Source: Heptranchias perlo (lineage: Eukaryota). From it: a stretch of 64,000 nucleotides of DNA. The first letter of the stretch is position 1; each line of letters begins with the position of its first letter. Under the pieces are notes generated by a model, which ran no database searches, was not told where the DNA came from, and saw only the letters and a list, made by a program, of their open reading frames with translations. The position numbers and the translations under genes were made by a program. The stretch spans positions 2,294,001-2,358,000 of the forward strand of contig NW_027139442.1 of the NCBI RefSeq assembly GCF_035084215.1, in the 5' to 3' direction. Below are positions 51,101-60,374 of the stretch, one piece after another.

Positions 51101-52944
51101 GGCACGGTGACTGTATCACTTCGAATTCTATCGAATTTTACTAACATGGAATTAAGCCATCCATTCCCTCAAGCATATTCCGCCATTCAAATGGATCATG
51201 GGTGTTTTTACAGCTCACAAAATGGACATTCAGCCCATCGGATCGATGGCGGTCTTTATGCTCCACACGAGCCTCTTTCCACGTTACTTCATCTCACGCT
51301 ATAAACATGTCCTTCTTTTCCTTTCTCCTTCGTGTACTCATCTAGCTTGCCCTTAAATGCAGTTATGCTATTTGCCTCACTCACTCCATGTGGCAGCGAG
51401 ATGCGCATTCTAACCACGATCAGGGTAAAGATGTCTCTCCTGAATTCCTTATTGGGTTTATTTGTGGCTATATTGTATTTACGTCCCCGAGCTTTGGACT
51501 CCGCACAAGTACAAACTTCTTATCGACCTTATCGAACCCCTTCATAATTTTAAAACCTCCATCAGATCAGCTCTTTTCTCGAGAAAAGAGACCCGGCCTG
51601 TTCAGTCTTTCCTGATAGTTGTACCCTCTCAGTTTTGGTGACATCCTCCTAAATCTTCTTCCCACTTTCGACAGTGCTTCTATACTTTTATGTATTCTGG
51701 AGGCCAGAACTGTACACAGTATTCTAAATGTGGTCGAACCAAGGTTCTATACCAGTTTAACAAAAAAATCTGCTTTCCGATTCTATTCCGCTGGAAATAA
51801 ACCCCAGTGCTTTGTTAACTTGTGTTCATCCGACACCAGTAAAATGTGTTTATTTTCCATTTTAGGCCTGATCCAGTGTGGCGTAAAAGTGGCGTGGAAA
51901 TTATATCAAAAAGCATTGTAACGCTTATTTCATTAAATGTTCGCCATTTATCGTGTTACTGAGGAAAAAACTACAGCATAAAACGTTGAATGATTTAATT
52001 TTTCAAATTCTGATGAGAAGTTAAATTCGCTCGGTTTGTCCTGTCGTTCCTTACCAATCCGCGAACAGTCCAGGGTTGCCCCCCGGTGAAGCTGAGAAAA
52101 TAACATCCACGCTACGGTCTTTAACAAGAACTAATTTAACCTAGTCAGCAAAACACGATAAAAACAATCAAATGCTGTAATAATCGGTCAGCCTCTGTGC
52201 AGAGAACAGGTGAGTTCTGACCAAGATCCACTCCTGAAACGTCACCGCATCAATCCTCTCCGCACATGCGCAGTTTAGACCCAATGCTGATTCTCGAGTT
52301 AACAGAATTAAATTGATTAATTTCCACACTGCCGGTGTGATATTTTTACCGTGAGCTGGGAAGAATTAAAAATTCACCTGGTCCCAGGTCCACTATTATT
52401 ATCCAACGAAGGAATCAATGAATATATGAGGCTTTTAATTAATGGGCTAATGACAATTGAGCTTTGATCCGTGTCCCCGTTTCTCACCCGGATGTCGAAC
52501 CATTGCCGAGCTCATTACCGATTCCCTGATTTTGGAGCCTTGCATTAATGTGGGACATTTATAGGGGTAAAAGTGACGAGAGGAGCCACTTCCACTCAAC
52601 TGGATATTTGGCGTGCGGTATAACTGGCGGCAAAAGGGACTGCACCAGTTTCGCTTCCCCCGCCAAGTCCAATTACGCCTCCGGCGAGTGTTGGAAACAC
52701 ACCTTCATCTCAACCATTTTTTCCCCTTCAGAAATTCACTCCGCATTATGAAACATCCGCTGCCTATTATGTTCTTTGTTAAATAGCAAATTATTTATTT
52801 CGTGAATAATCTTTGGGCTAACTTGGTTCTACTTTGCCCCTTTATATCATTTAGATGAATCCGTTGCGCTGGAGGCTCGTGTTGGCTCTGCTGTGGTTCT
52901 GATGCTCATCCTTGCTCTGTTGGTTGTGTGCTTCTGGAAGAGAG
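20307..52944 (+). CDS. Spliced gene for an 8-Ig-domain type I membrane receptor, LRC-like (LILR/OSCAR/GPVI/A1BG-type domains); ~836 aa to the end of the TM exon, cytoplasmic exon unresolved
   Basis: Eleven exons with canonical AG/GT sites, all phase 1, lengths 31, 33, 294, 294, 306, 291, 291, 291, 291, 297, 90 nt; no stop in the joined frame. Confidence 0.85.
21261..21293 (+). CDS. Receptor exon 2, 33-nt signal-peptide mini-exon (VFFGTERSVSQ)
   Basis: TGTGTCTCCTTTTAG acceptor, AAG/GTTAGT donor, phase 1-1; completes a plausible signal peptide ending S-V-S. Confidence 0.7.
21576..23660 (-). mobile_element. CR1 LINE, relatively young 5'-truncated copy
   Basis: SGVPQGSVLGP, KFADDT, LVRPHLEYC, QHGFTKGKSCLTNL in ORFs 21755-22657 and 22808-23368; (CATAAGAA)n tail at 21576-21600. 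Confidence 0.96.
24070..28640 (-). mobile_element. Old CR1 LINE interrupted by + strand CR1 pieces (24310-24840, ~25820-25925, 27560-28140)
   Basis: Minus-strand RT/endonuclease relics (KSCLTNFID, NHRPVSLTSLVGK, ANFIELKRDLAKLDW) interleaved with + strand relics (SKFSDDTKLG; CR1 3' end at ~28100). Confidence 0.85.
29470..30795 (+). mobile_element. Decayed CR1 LINE
   Basis: VDKGMSLDVI...KFLHKRLLTK relic; CR1 3' end GAATGGCCTACTTCTGTTC at ~30775. Confidence 0.85.
31240..32080 (+). mobile_element. Decayed CR1 LINE 3' part
   Basis: ANGTLAFISKGLEY...LEYCIQFWAPKLRKDILALEGV. Confidence 0.88.
32346..32639 (+). CDS. Receptor Ig domain 1
   Basis: TTTCAG acceptor, GTAAAT donor; GDAATLTC...FTFYR...DKGSYTC...SNSVEITVT. 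Confidence 0.92.
32652..32975 (-). mobile_element. Deu-domain SINE (AmnSINE/SacSINE-like)
   Basis: Minus strand GAGTGCTGCATTGTCGGAGGTACCGTC...GGTGGACGTAAAAGATGGCA...TATTTATCCCTCAACCAACA, ending AGGCGCTATATA...TGCAAGTCTTTC; family from recall. Second degenerate copy ~47890-48200. Confidence 0.7.
33175..33850 (+). mobile_element. L2-like LINE 3' fragment
   Basis: TCTAGACTCGAC (SRLD), LTDLHWL..Q.FDFKIL relic, and GGCGCTAT..AAGT 3' end. Confidence 0.8.
34165..34458 (+). CDS. Receptor Ig domain 2 (duplicated type)
   Basis: TTTACCACAG acceptor, GTGAGT donor; GEAVTITC...FYFY...QGGRYQCRY...SEAVSVTIA. Confidence 0.93.
34735..35900. repeat. 49-bp intronic minisatellite, ~24 copies
   Basis: AATATTGGACCTGCAGTCCGGAATGTAGGAAGGAAAGGAATTACATTCT unit (e.g. 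35182, 35231). Confidence 0.97.
36140..36445 (+). CDS. Receptor Ig domain 3
   Basis: TTTACAG acceptor, GTAAGT donor; KPSLSL...GEVATVTC...FYLYR...EDYFCVY...SERSDTVKVTVV. Confidence 0.93.
37012..37302 (+). CDS. Receptor Ig domain 4 (duplicated type)
   Basis: TTTTACCACAG acceptor, GTAAGT donor; GETVTMTC...QGGLYQCQY...SQPSEAVWLTVA. Confidence 0.93.
38457..39326. mobile_element. Palindromic MITE-like element whose right arm is expanded into a 58-bp minisatellite (38555-39300, ~13 copies)
   Basis: Imperfect TIRs GGGGTCGATCTAGACTTTGTGCG ... CGCACAAAATCAAAATCTACCCC; 58-bp unit AAATGGGGAGAGATGTAAAATGGGCTTCCGACTCGCCATCACCCGCTTTACACTGTAC. Confidence 0.85.
39662..39952 (+). CDS. Receptor Ig domain 5 (duplicated type)
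   Basis: TTTTACCACAG acceptor, GTAAGT donor; GETVAITC...YFYR...QGGRYQCKY. Confidence 0.93.
40500..41165 (+). mobile_element. CR1 LINE 3' fragment
   Basis: LYRALVRPHLEYCVQF...RRNFFTQCVANLWNSL; (TTCTATGT)n tail. Confidence 0.93.
41875..43430 (-). mobile_element. CR1 LINE fragments
   Basis: MKFNAEKCEVIHFGRKN; EVFKFMNGF...FTQRVIKIYNALP; older RT relic 42900-43430. Confidence 0.85.
44848..45138 (+). CDS. Receptor Ig domain 6 (duplicated type)
   Basis: TTTTACCACAG acceptor, GTGAGT donor; GETVTITC...RGGMYQCKY...SESVTVTIT. Confidence 0.93.
46830..47120 (+). CDS. Receptor Ig domain 7 (duplicated type)
   Basis: TTTTACCACAG acceptor, GTGAGG donor; GGTVTITC...QGGRYQCKY...WSPLSEAVTVTIA. Confidence 0.93.
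47305..47635. repeat. 71-bp tandem repeat, ~4.5 copies, alternating A/B units
   Basis: TCCAAGTGTAGGGTG at 47337, 47408, 47479, 47550; units 1 and 3 share GAATAGTATCGTTA, units 2 and 4 share GATTAGTC. Confidence 0.9.
48670..50205 (-). mobile_element. LINE family A fragment split by a solo LTR
   Basis: IHSLHHWCTVAAVCTI (48708-49013) and LFANDCTVFSSI (50058-50306) relics; collinear with 2920-3840 on either side of the insert. Confidence 0.85.
49119..49818. mobile_element. Solo LTR, 700 bp
   Basis: Starts TGTA, ends TACA, flanked by 4-bp direct repeat GCAG (49115-49118, 49819-49822), interrupting a LINE. Confidence 0.8.
50792..51088 (+). CDS. Receptor Ig domain 8 (membrane-proximal)
   Basis: ATTACAG acceptor, GTGAGT donor; LPKPNIS...GGKVIFNC...FYLYR...DGGNYICLY...SALSDPVHITV. 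Confidence 0.93.
51200..51820 (-). mobile_element. Decayed CR1 3' fragment
   Basis: GGACATTCAGCCCATCG 3' hairpin relic; CCAGAACTGTACACAGTATTCTAAATGTGGTC (PHLEYCVQFW on the minus strand). Confidence 0.7.
52855..52944 (+). CDS. Receptor transmembrane exon (DESVALEARVGSAVVLMLILALLVVCFWKR)
   Basis: CATTTAG acceptor, GTAGGT donor, 90 nt, phase 1-1; hydrophobic helix preceded by Arg and followed by KR. Confidence 0.88.
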
Positions 52945-53129
52945 GTAGGTTAAACAATATATAATATCAGTTCATTACAAATACACGGACTGAGCTAATT
53001 ATCCTCTCTCTTCCCCACTACTAACCATCTCCTCCAACCATCTATCATTGGACTCCTAACCTCGGGCTGTAAATGTAAGGAGATCATGGACTGAAAGATG
53101 AAATGTCTAAGGACGAAGTTAACACTCGT

Positions 53130-54270
53130 ATGAGGGGCCATTGTCGCAGGATAAGGGATCGGCCATTTAAGACTGAGATGAGGATGAATTTCTTCAGTCA
53201 GAGGGTTGTGAATCTTTGGCATTCTCTATCTCAGAGGGTTGAGGATGCTGCGTCGTTGTTATATTCAAGGCTGCGATAGATAGATTTTTGAACAGTAGGG
53301 TCATCAAGGGATATGGGGATGGGGCGGGAAAGTGGAGTTGAGGTCGAAAGTCAGCCACGATCTGATTGAATGGCGGAGCAGGCTCGAGAGGCCCTATGGC
53401 CTACTCCTGCTCCTCTCTTTTATTTTCTTATCTTCTTAAATGGACTTAAATTCTTAGCAGACCCGGCGCTCAACCTGTCTAACCAGTGCAGAGCAGCGAT
53501 CAATAAATCCAACAGAATCTTGAACTACACATCCCAAAACAATGGAATACAAGTCAGAAAAGGTCCTAATTAAACTGTACTGGGCTCTGACCGGACCATC
53601 CATGGCCTCATTAAAAGGATTGCATCGAAATCATGGCTTTAACGATAACGTGGTTGATGAGCGATGACACCTTCCTCCTTACTAAAGCCCCCCTTGTGGT
53701 TGTAATTTTCACCACCTGCCCCGCCCAAACCGCTGTGGTGGCGGTGTTGCCCTTCACCGAATCACACCTTGTTCTCTCCACATTGTCGTCCGGCACCTTC
53801 TCCTCCTTTAAGCACCTCACTTTGTTCCACCCCTCTCACATCTCCTATAAAATCCTTGTTCTCTACCTCCCACACATGCCCCACGCCAAGTTTCTCACCC
53901 AGAATAAATTACTGGTTTTGCCCCTCTGTCTCTGCACTGAACAACTTGTCATCCTGGCTGACGTCAAACCCTATCTTAACTCACCTTGCTCTCTCTTCTC
54001 TGAGTTCAGTGCTCTCCTGTCCTCACATAAGGAAATAAGAATGTATGAAATAGAAGCAGCAGTGGGCCGTACCGCCCCTCGAGCCTACTCCGCCCTTCAA
54101 TAAGACCATGGCTAATCTTGGACCTCAACTCCACTTTCCCGCCCGATCCTAATAGCCCTTGATTGCTTTAGTCTCTAAAAATCTATCGATCTCAGTCTTG
54201 AATATAATCAACGACTGAGCATCCACAGCCCTCTGGGGGGTAAAGAATTCCAAAGATTCCCAACCCTTTA
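53130..54270. mobile_element. Cluster of CR1 3' ends (53130-53435 +, 54025-54270 -) around an L2-like relic
   Basis: GAATTTCTTCAGTCAGAGGGTTGTGAATCTTTGG and GGAGCAGGCTCGAG 3' motifs, with the reverse orientation at 54025-54270. Confidence 0.75.
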
Positions 54271-54597
54271 AGTGGCCTTGTAAAATCGAGATCTGGTGGC
54301 TGGGGTGAAATCTGATCTCTGATACAGAAAGTGAAAGGAAGAATGAACGGTCGTCAAACAGAAACCAAAGCAGACTGCTCGCCCAACATTGCACCGGGAC
54401 CCATTCCGGCAGTAGACGTTATTGTCCCAAGCTGCGTAAGCCGAACTGTTCAGGGGAGAGTGAGATTAAGTCCTGCTCCGGTCATATTAAATTATTATAC
54501 AGCGGTGAAGCTGCAGGAGAGCGGCTCAAGGAAGGAATCCGCAGCTCTCAGAAAGCATCGCTCGTCTTTCTTTGGTTAATTCTTGTGTAGAAGTGCT

Positions 54598-54669
54598 TGA
54601 AGATTCAAGGGATTGAACGTGGGATCTGATACACGGGAATCATGTGATTTCCCACTGACCTACATTCTC
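54598..54669 (-). pseudogene. tRNA-Ala-derived pseudogene
   Basis: Minus strand GAGAATGTAGGTCAGTGG...GTTCAATCCCTTGAATCTTCA is gap-free collinear over 72 nt with vertebrate tRNA-Ala (GGGGATGTAGCTCAGTGG...) but heavily substituted. Confidence 0.65.
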
Positions 54670-55332
54670 TCATGTCATAATGCCTCAACCAAGCCGATAA
54701 ATGTTCGCCAAATTTTCGTTAGGTTCCCCAATGCTTTCTAGCTGTTATATCTGCGTTCCAGGCTTACAACATCCTCTGAAAAGACGCGGGGCCCGATACA
54801 ACTCTGCATGGTCGGAGGAAACAAAGTCTCCTTACACAGAGTAATGATAATGGGGCATTGAGAATAAGTCTGGGAATGGGGGAGAGTGTCCTCGGGCTGA
54901 GACTTTCTCCATCCTTCCTGTTACAAGTCGCCGTTCTTCGAACGCTCCCATTATCACTCACGTGGCTTACGGTTGGATGTGGACGACATCTGCTTATGCA
55001 CATTGTAAGAGAGGCCTGCAAGAATGTTTCAAGTCCTTGAGGTGCAGAGGAGGGCAACGTGTGACGCAGAGAGCATTGTGTCTCATGTCACTGAAGAGGA
55101 ACTCGGGACATGTCCCAGGTTTGATCTTGCGTTTAAGGATCGCTTCACTATAACACCTTGACACGCTGGTATTAGGAGCCATTGAATTGGCTCTTCCACT
55201 CCTCCATTTAGTTAATTTTTCTGACAAACGTTTTTGCTGTGTTGAAGTGTTGGCGATCCTTCTTTGTAAGAATGCGACGAGTTCAAGAGGATCATTTCAT
55301 GATTGCATCCAAGATTTAAAATATAGATTGTT

Positions 55333-55396
55333 TAGAAATGCCGGGAACCGAACTCGCGACCTCAACACATGCGCTGTACTACTGAGCTACATGCCC
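55333..55396 (-). pseudogene. tRNA-Ala-derived pseudogene with anticodon loop deleted
   Basis: Minus strand GGGCATGTAGCTCAGTAGTACAGCGCATGTGTTGAGGTCGCGAGTTCGGTTCCCGGCATTTC. Confidence 0.75.
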
Positions 55397-55619
55397 ATTG
55401 ACAAAATGTTGCTCTTTTGGAAGAAAACAATTGTATTTTCCGCTTTGTATATCCCACAAAACCAGCTGTCCAGCGGTTCGGTGCGCTCAAAATTTCAACT
55501 TCGGTTTGACTTCGCAGAGTTTCAGTTGCTCTTTGCTTTGAACTTAGCAAAAAAAGTCTGAGTCAAGTCGAATGCTGAGGCTTAGTGACGGTTCTGTAAT
55601 CCGTTCCCTGAATCAGAAA

Positions 55620-55842
55620 ATTGTAAACAATTTTACAACACGAAGTTATAGTCCAGCAATTTTATTTTAACTTCACAAGCTTTCGGAGGCTTCCTCCTTC
55701 CTCAGGTAAATGCAACATTTACCTGAGGAAGGAGGAAGCCTCCGAAAGCTTGTGAAGTTAAAATAAAATTGCTGGACTATAACTTGGTGTTGTAAAATTG
55801 TTTACAATTGTCAACCCCAGTCCATCACCGGCATCTCCACAT
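55620..55842. mobile_element. Penelope-like element remnant: near-perfect hairpin plus tail, with 13-bp target-site duplication
   Basis: Arms 55619-55712 and 55716-55809 (one mismatch), loop CAA, tail GTCAACCCCAGTCCATCACCGGCATCTCCACAT; CCTGAATCAGAAA at 55607-55619 and 55843-55855. Confidence 0.85.
55718..55756 (+). ncRNA. Minimal type I hammerhead ribozyme motif (mirror copy on the minus strand ~55672-55710)
   Basis: TTTAC-CTGAGGA-A-GGAGG-AAG-CCTCC-GAAA-GCTT-GTGAA: core CUGANGA and GAAA, 5-bp stem II, 5-bp stem I, palindromic AAGCTT stem III. Confidence 0.7.
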
Positions 55843-56126
55843 CCTGAATCAGAAAGTGTGATGGACGAATTTCAGAGCGTCAATCAGAAACAAAAGCTGT
55901 GACTGTTCGCTTGACATTGCCACGTCACACATTCCCGTCAGTCAGCGGCTGCTCTGAGTTGCTGAGGGGATCGTGAGATGAAGTCCTGCTCCGGGACAAT
56001 TGAATGTTTGTGGAGACTTAGAATTTGAACCTCGCTGCCTTCAGAAAGCAGCATTCGACTTCCTGTGAACAATTCTTGTGCAAAAAGGTTCTTGTGGAGG
56101 TGCTGGTAAATGAATACAGTACATCA

Positions 56127-56195
56127 TGCAAGTGAAGCACACACAGAATTGAACCCGCGTCACTGGTGAGAATTCTACCACTGAACCACCAATGC
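56127..56195 (-). pseudogene. tRNA-Gly-derived pseudogene
   Basis: Minus strand GCATTGGTGGTTCAGTGGTAGAATTCTC matches the tRNA-Gly 5' half; GGGTTCAATTC B-box; anticodon arm and 3' end disrupted. Confidence 0.8.
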
Positions 56196-56391
56196 ACCAT
56201 ACTTAATGGCAGCTGTTCCTGGCTCTCCAACATGAAGCGGTGACAATTTCTACTGGAGCAGCAATTTATCATCTGACTGGAAAAGGATCGATTCAATTTT
56301 TGCACCAAATGTAGCAGCAGACCTCGAGAAAAACAAATAGTGAAAAGGGTATATTAGAAACACCAGTCACTCTACGAAGTCGCTAAAATCG

Positions 56392-56461
56392 ATCCAAATT
56401 GGTTTGAACCCAGGATCTCTTCACTATGGACAGGAGCTTTGACCAGCTAAGCGACGGCGCC
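56392..56461 (-). pseudogene. tRNA-Thr-derived pseudogene
   Basis: Minus strand GGCGCCGTCGCTTAGCTGGTCAAAGCTCCTGTC...GAGATCCTGGGTTCAAACC resembles tRNA-Thr(AGT); acceptor 3' strand lost. Confidence 0.75.
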
Positions 56462-56639
56462 AGGTCAGCCATCGTAAACTAAAATGCAATCACCAAGCTG
56501 TAATCATTCATTAAGACTCCCAATGAGTCTCTAAACCTTTTGTTTGAACTCAACCCCCGACATACCCGGTCATATGTACTTGTGTGTTGCCCTCTATCTC
56601 AGTTAGAGTGCGGCATTCAATCTGTCAAAAAGTTTATTC

Positions 56640-57050
56640 AGGCTCATCGCTTCATCGGCTCCCCGTCCACCAGGTTAAACATCCACTCACTCCACCATCG
56701 GCGCACCGTAGCTACAATGTGTGCTATCTGCACGATTCACTAAGGCTTCCTCGACAGCACGAACCAAACAAGCGAACACCTCCATTATTTAGAAGGACAA
56801 GGGCAGCATCACTGCCGAGTTCCCCTCCAGGTCACAGGCCACACTGACTTGCTGAGATATCGCGCTTCCTTTGACGACGCTCGGTTAATATCTTGGAACT
56901 CGCTACCAAACAGCTCTGTGGAAGCATCTTCACCACACGGACTGCAGCGGTTCAAGAAGAAAGCCCACCACCACCTTCTCATGAGCAACTCGTGATGGAC
57001 AATACATTCCTGCCTTCCCAGCGACACCAACATCCCAAGAATGAATTTAA
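56640..57050 (+). mobile_element. LINE family A 3' fragment
   Basis: RLNIHSLHHRRTVATMCAI relic and CCACCACCTTCTC...CATCCCAAGAATGAAT 3' end. Similar + copies at 38080-38385, 44070-44260, 46130-46420. Confidence 0.85.
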
Positions 57051-60000
57051 AAACACTCAGTAGACAGCTGTGACTATTTCTACTGAATCCGCAAAAAGGC
57101 AATTAGAATATTGACAAACGCACGCTGAGCAGGTTAATCCGTTCCGGCGCACTCCAGAATAGCCACAATGGATTTTCTCTATGTTATTGCAGATTTTCGG
57201 GACTTCCTCAATGGTGGTGGCGCAGGATTACCGAGAGTATTTCTTTTACATGGAAGTAGCTCCATGGAGTTAAAGGAGCAGCCTTTTGCTGAAAACATGT
57301 TGGGGCAAGGAGCAGATCCAGCAATGTTCAGAATTTCCATTCAGATCTGTGGACATCAGAAGAATATTATCAAATGTCCCTGCGTGGTGACAAGTTGGAC
57401 TAAGACTTCGCCTGTTTCGGTTTTAACCCCTTCAATGTCCTTTCTCAGCTTCCACGACAGAATGCCTGAGGGGGTGTCATGGGAGTTACCTCCAAAAGTA
57501 GCTGCAAACACTCTTCTCTCTGCTGTAAAACCACTAAGCCTGGGCACCATTGGTTTCGAAAAACAGAATATATTGACGTGATTTGCTGTTCAAGCAGTCG
57601 AGAAGGGTAAAACTTTACCTGACCGTTTCCCTTTTCAGAACTGGGTTAATAAAATGTTATTAATAAAAAGAGCACAGTCTGGTTGGTTCTTTCACAAGAC
57701 TGTGGATAAAAGATGATTGCAACAGCGGAAGAAATGTTGTTTTCCATGTCAGTCAGCGGAAATTCAAATTGATAAGACAGACAAAAGTTGGGAATAAAAT
57801 AACCGAGAGGAGAGAGGTTAATTGGATATAATTACTGAGCACTCGAACCGTTCTGGCGTTAGGACCCAGGGACCAATTCTCAGGACTTCAACAGAGAGAC
57901 AGCTGAAATAATTGAACATTGGCAAGTCCTGTCAGTCCAACAGTAGTAGCCGAGTCTGAACCGAATCCTAGTGTTGAGTGTGTGTGTGTGGGGGGGTGGG
58001 AGGGGTGGTGGGGAGGGGGGTTGTTGGGAGCGGAGGGGTACTGTTGTGGTAACGATAACTCATATCCCATATCTTCCAGGCAGGACGGCCCTCTGGAATC
58101 GGTAAGATCATGAAGAGATAAAATGGACTCAGGTTTAATGATGAATAATGTATTGGATGGTAAATTTCCTCCATGGCTCATGAATGAGATGGCAAGATTG
58201 TATAATTGGACTTCTAAATTGGATGAGAGGAGGTAACTACGGTATAAGGTAACAAAATGAAAATTATACCACACAATGTGATCTAAGCCCTTGGTGATAA
58301 TGGATTAATGTCAGGAACTCGGACTGAAGTTGTTATGGAAAAGATGTCTGAGTACACTCACTAGTAATATGAATCACCTGGGCACAATTCACCACAATAT
58401 ATCAATATTGTATCAATGCACAATCTGGTGAATGTCAGGAAAGTGTAGTTAAGCATAGTTAGTGGATAGCTTTCTTTCGGAGAAGGTGATCTCCTTGCCT
58501 ATACGTCACAATGCGAAGATATATTTTATAGCCGAGCCACGAACATGCAGGAGGTGAGCAAAGAGCTCCAGACATCCCGGATCTTTCAAAAAGATATACT
58601 GGAAGCTCAGGATTGGTTTGTATCTGATGCCACGGGTGGCATGACCTTGGGATAATGCTGTGTGAGCACATGTGATATGGTGCGAGTGAGGCAACTAGTT
58701 TGCGGTTTGCATGAAGGAGACCTACTGAAGAATGGGTCCCAGACATGTTCATTCATGCTGACAAAACAATAGTTAATGTACCTCAGGAGAAGTAGAGGGT
58801 ATATTACTGATTAAAATATTTTACTTAAGGCTCTGACACGGACTTCACAGTGGACCCGACCTTCTATATTAAGGTTAATCAAAGAACCAGGATGGGGTTA
58901 AACGCACTGGTACCGATCAGAGGGATGGGAATGCATGTGGAGAAAGATATAAAATTGGAAATTGGAAATTCAACCTCAACCCCCAAAATTGAAATTAAAA
59001 TGATCTGCAATATGAATAACAGTAACAGAATACTTTTAGGTGCATGTCATGAATTTTCGATACATGGAAGTATCAAGGGCGAAGTTTTGAACCAAGTTCA
59101 ATGTACAATGATATTCATCATATTGTTCATATATCATGTACAACTAATGGGTAGTCATATATGACAGTAATGAAATAATGTCCAGTGTTGGTCTTAAATA
59201 CTCTAAAGCAAACACCACGGGGGTGGGGGGAGGGGTGGTGTTGGAGGGAACTGTAAGGAAAGCTTTAATCGGACTGATTAAAGCGTGCTAATGCAGTACT
59301 CCCAACGCTTGTTCTTGATATGGTGGTAATGTTAGCTTTTAGACATTGTTAAGAAGGGAAATATGATTCTTATATTGTAAAATCTTACGTGTGGAAGTAT
59401 ACAGTAATCCTAAAGTTATAACCATCTGCTTAATGAAGAAGGTGATAGGAGATCTGGGTAAGAATGAGTCACTAACTTCAGCAGCAGAGGACAGGCTGAA
59501 AAGTTCCCTTTGTACCAAAGAAAGAGAGAAGAATTTAATCATCAGAAGGAAGGCTTTGAACCCTTACTCAAGATAAGCAGCGAGCTGAGAATGAGCATAG
59601 CCTGGATCTGGAAAGTTAGTGAGTGTACGTCAAGTAAAAAGAGTTAGAAATAGCGATGTTTTGAAGGCTGTTATTTTCACCCATGTCACTAATGTAACAC
59701 GGACCTGCAGCTGCAAGGACAGAACATAATCAAACCAGTGTTTAATGATATATAATCAAAGACACCTGTTGATATAACTGTGTAATATCAATACATACGA
59801 CTTGTCAGGTAGAAAGGGTGAGAGAAAGGTATTAAAGAGGGTATTGGAACAGATACTTTCAAATTCGATTGAGGTCTGATCAGACTGTTTGCATTATTCG
59901 TATACATTGCAGTTCTCTCGCTAAAACTTGCAAAGTTTGTGTTGTATGTGCTGCTCTTAAGTGTATGTTTAATTATTATATGCTTAATAAATCGGTGACA

Positions 60001-60374
60001 TCTGGCATTCAATGTTGCGAACCATACTGATTTGAGGAGTAATTTATAAGTTAGAACAAACACATTTACTCTCCTCGAACAATATCTCTTAATCTGCTCT
60101 CTTAATCAGCCATTTGGTACCTTGTCAAAGGTTTTTCTAAAATACATCTACTCTGTATCCATTGCATTTCCGACATTTACCATGTCGGTTACCTCCTCAA
60201 AGAATTCTCCGAGGTTTGTCAAGCACGATTTTTCATTTGAAACGTATGCTGTTGCTCACACAGTGGACAACCAACAAACACATTGCCATGAATGTTAACA
60301 ACAACTTGCATTGACAGAGCTCCTTTACTGTAATAATAATTATCAAGCGGATTCATAGCGTCTCTATGTTTCTA

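Noticed and set aside
55931-56045. Possible further tRNA-Leu/Ser relic on the + strand
   Set aside because: Similarity too weak to support by eye.
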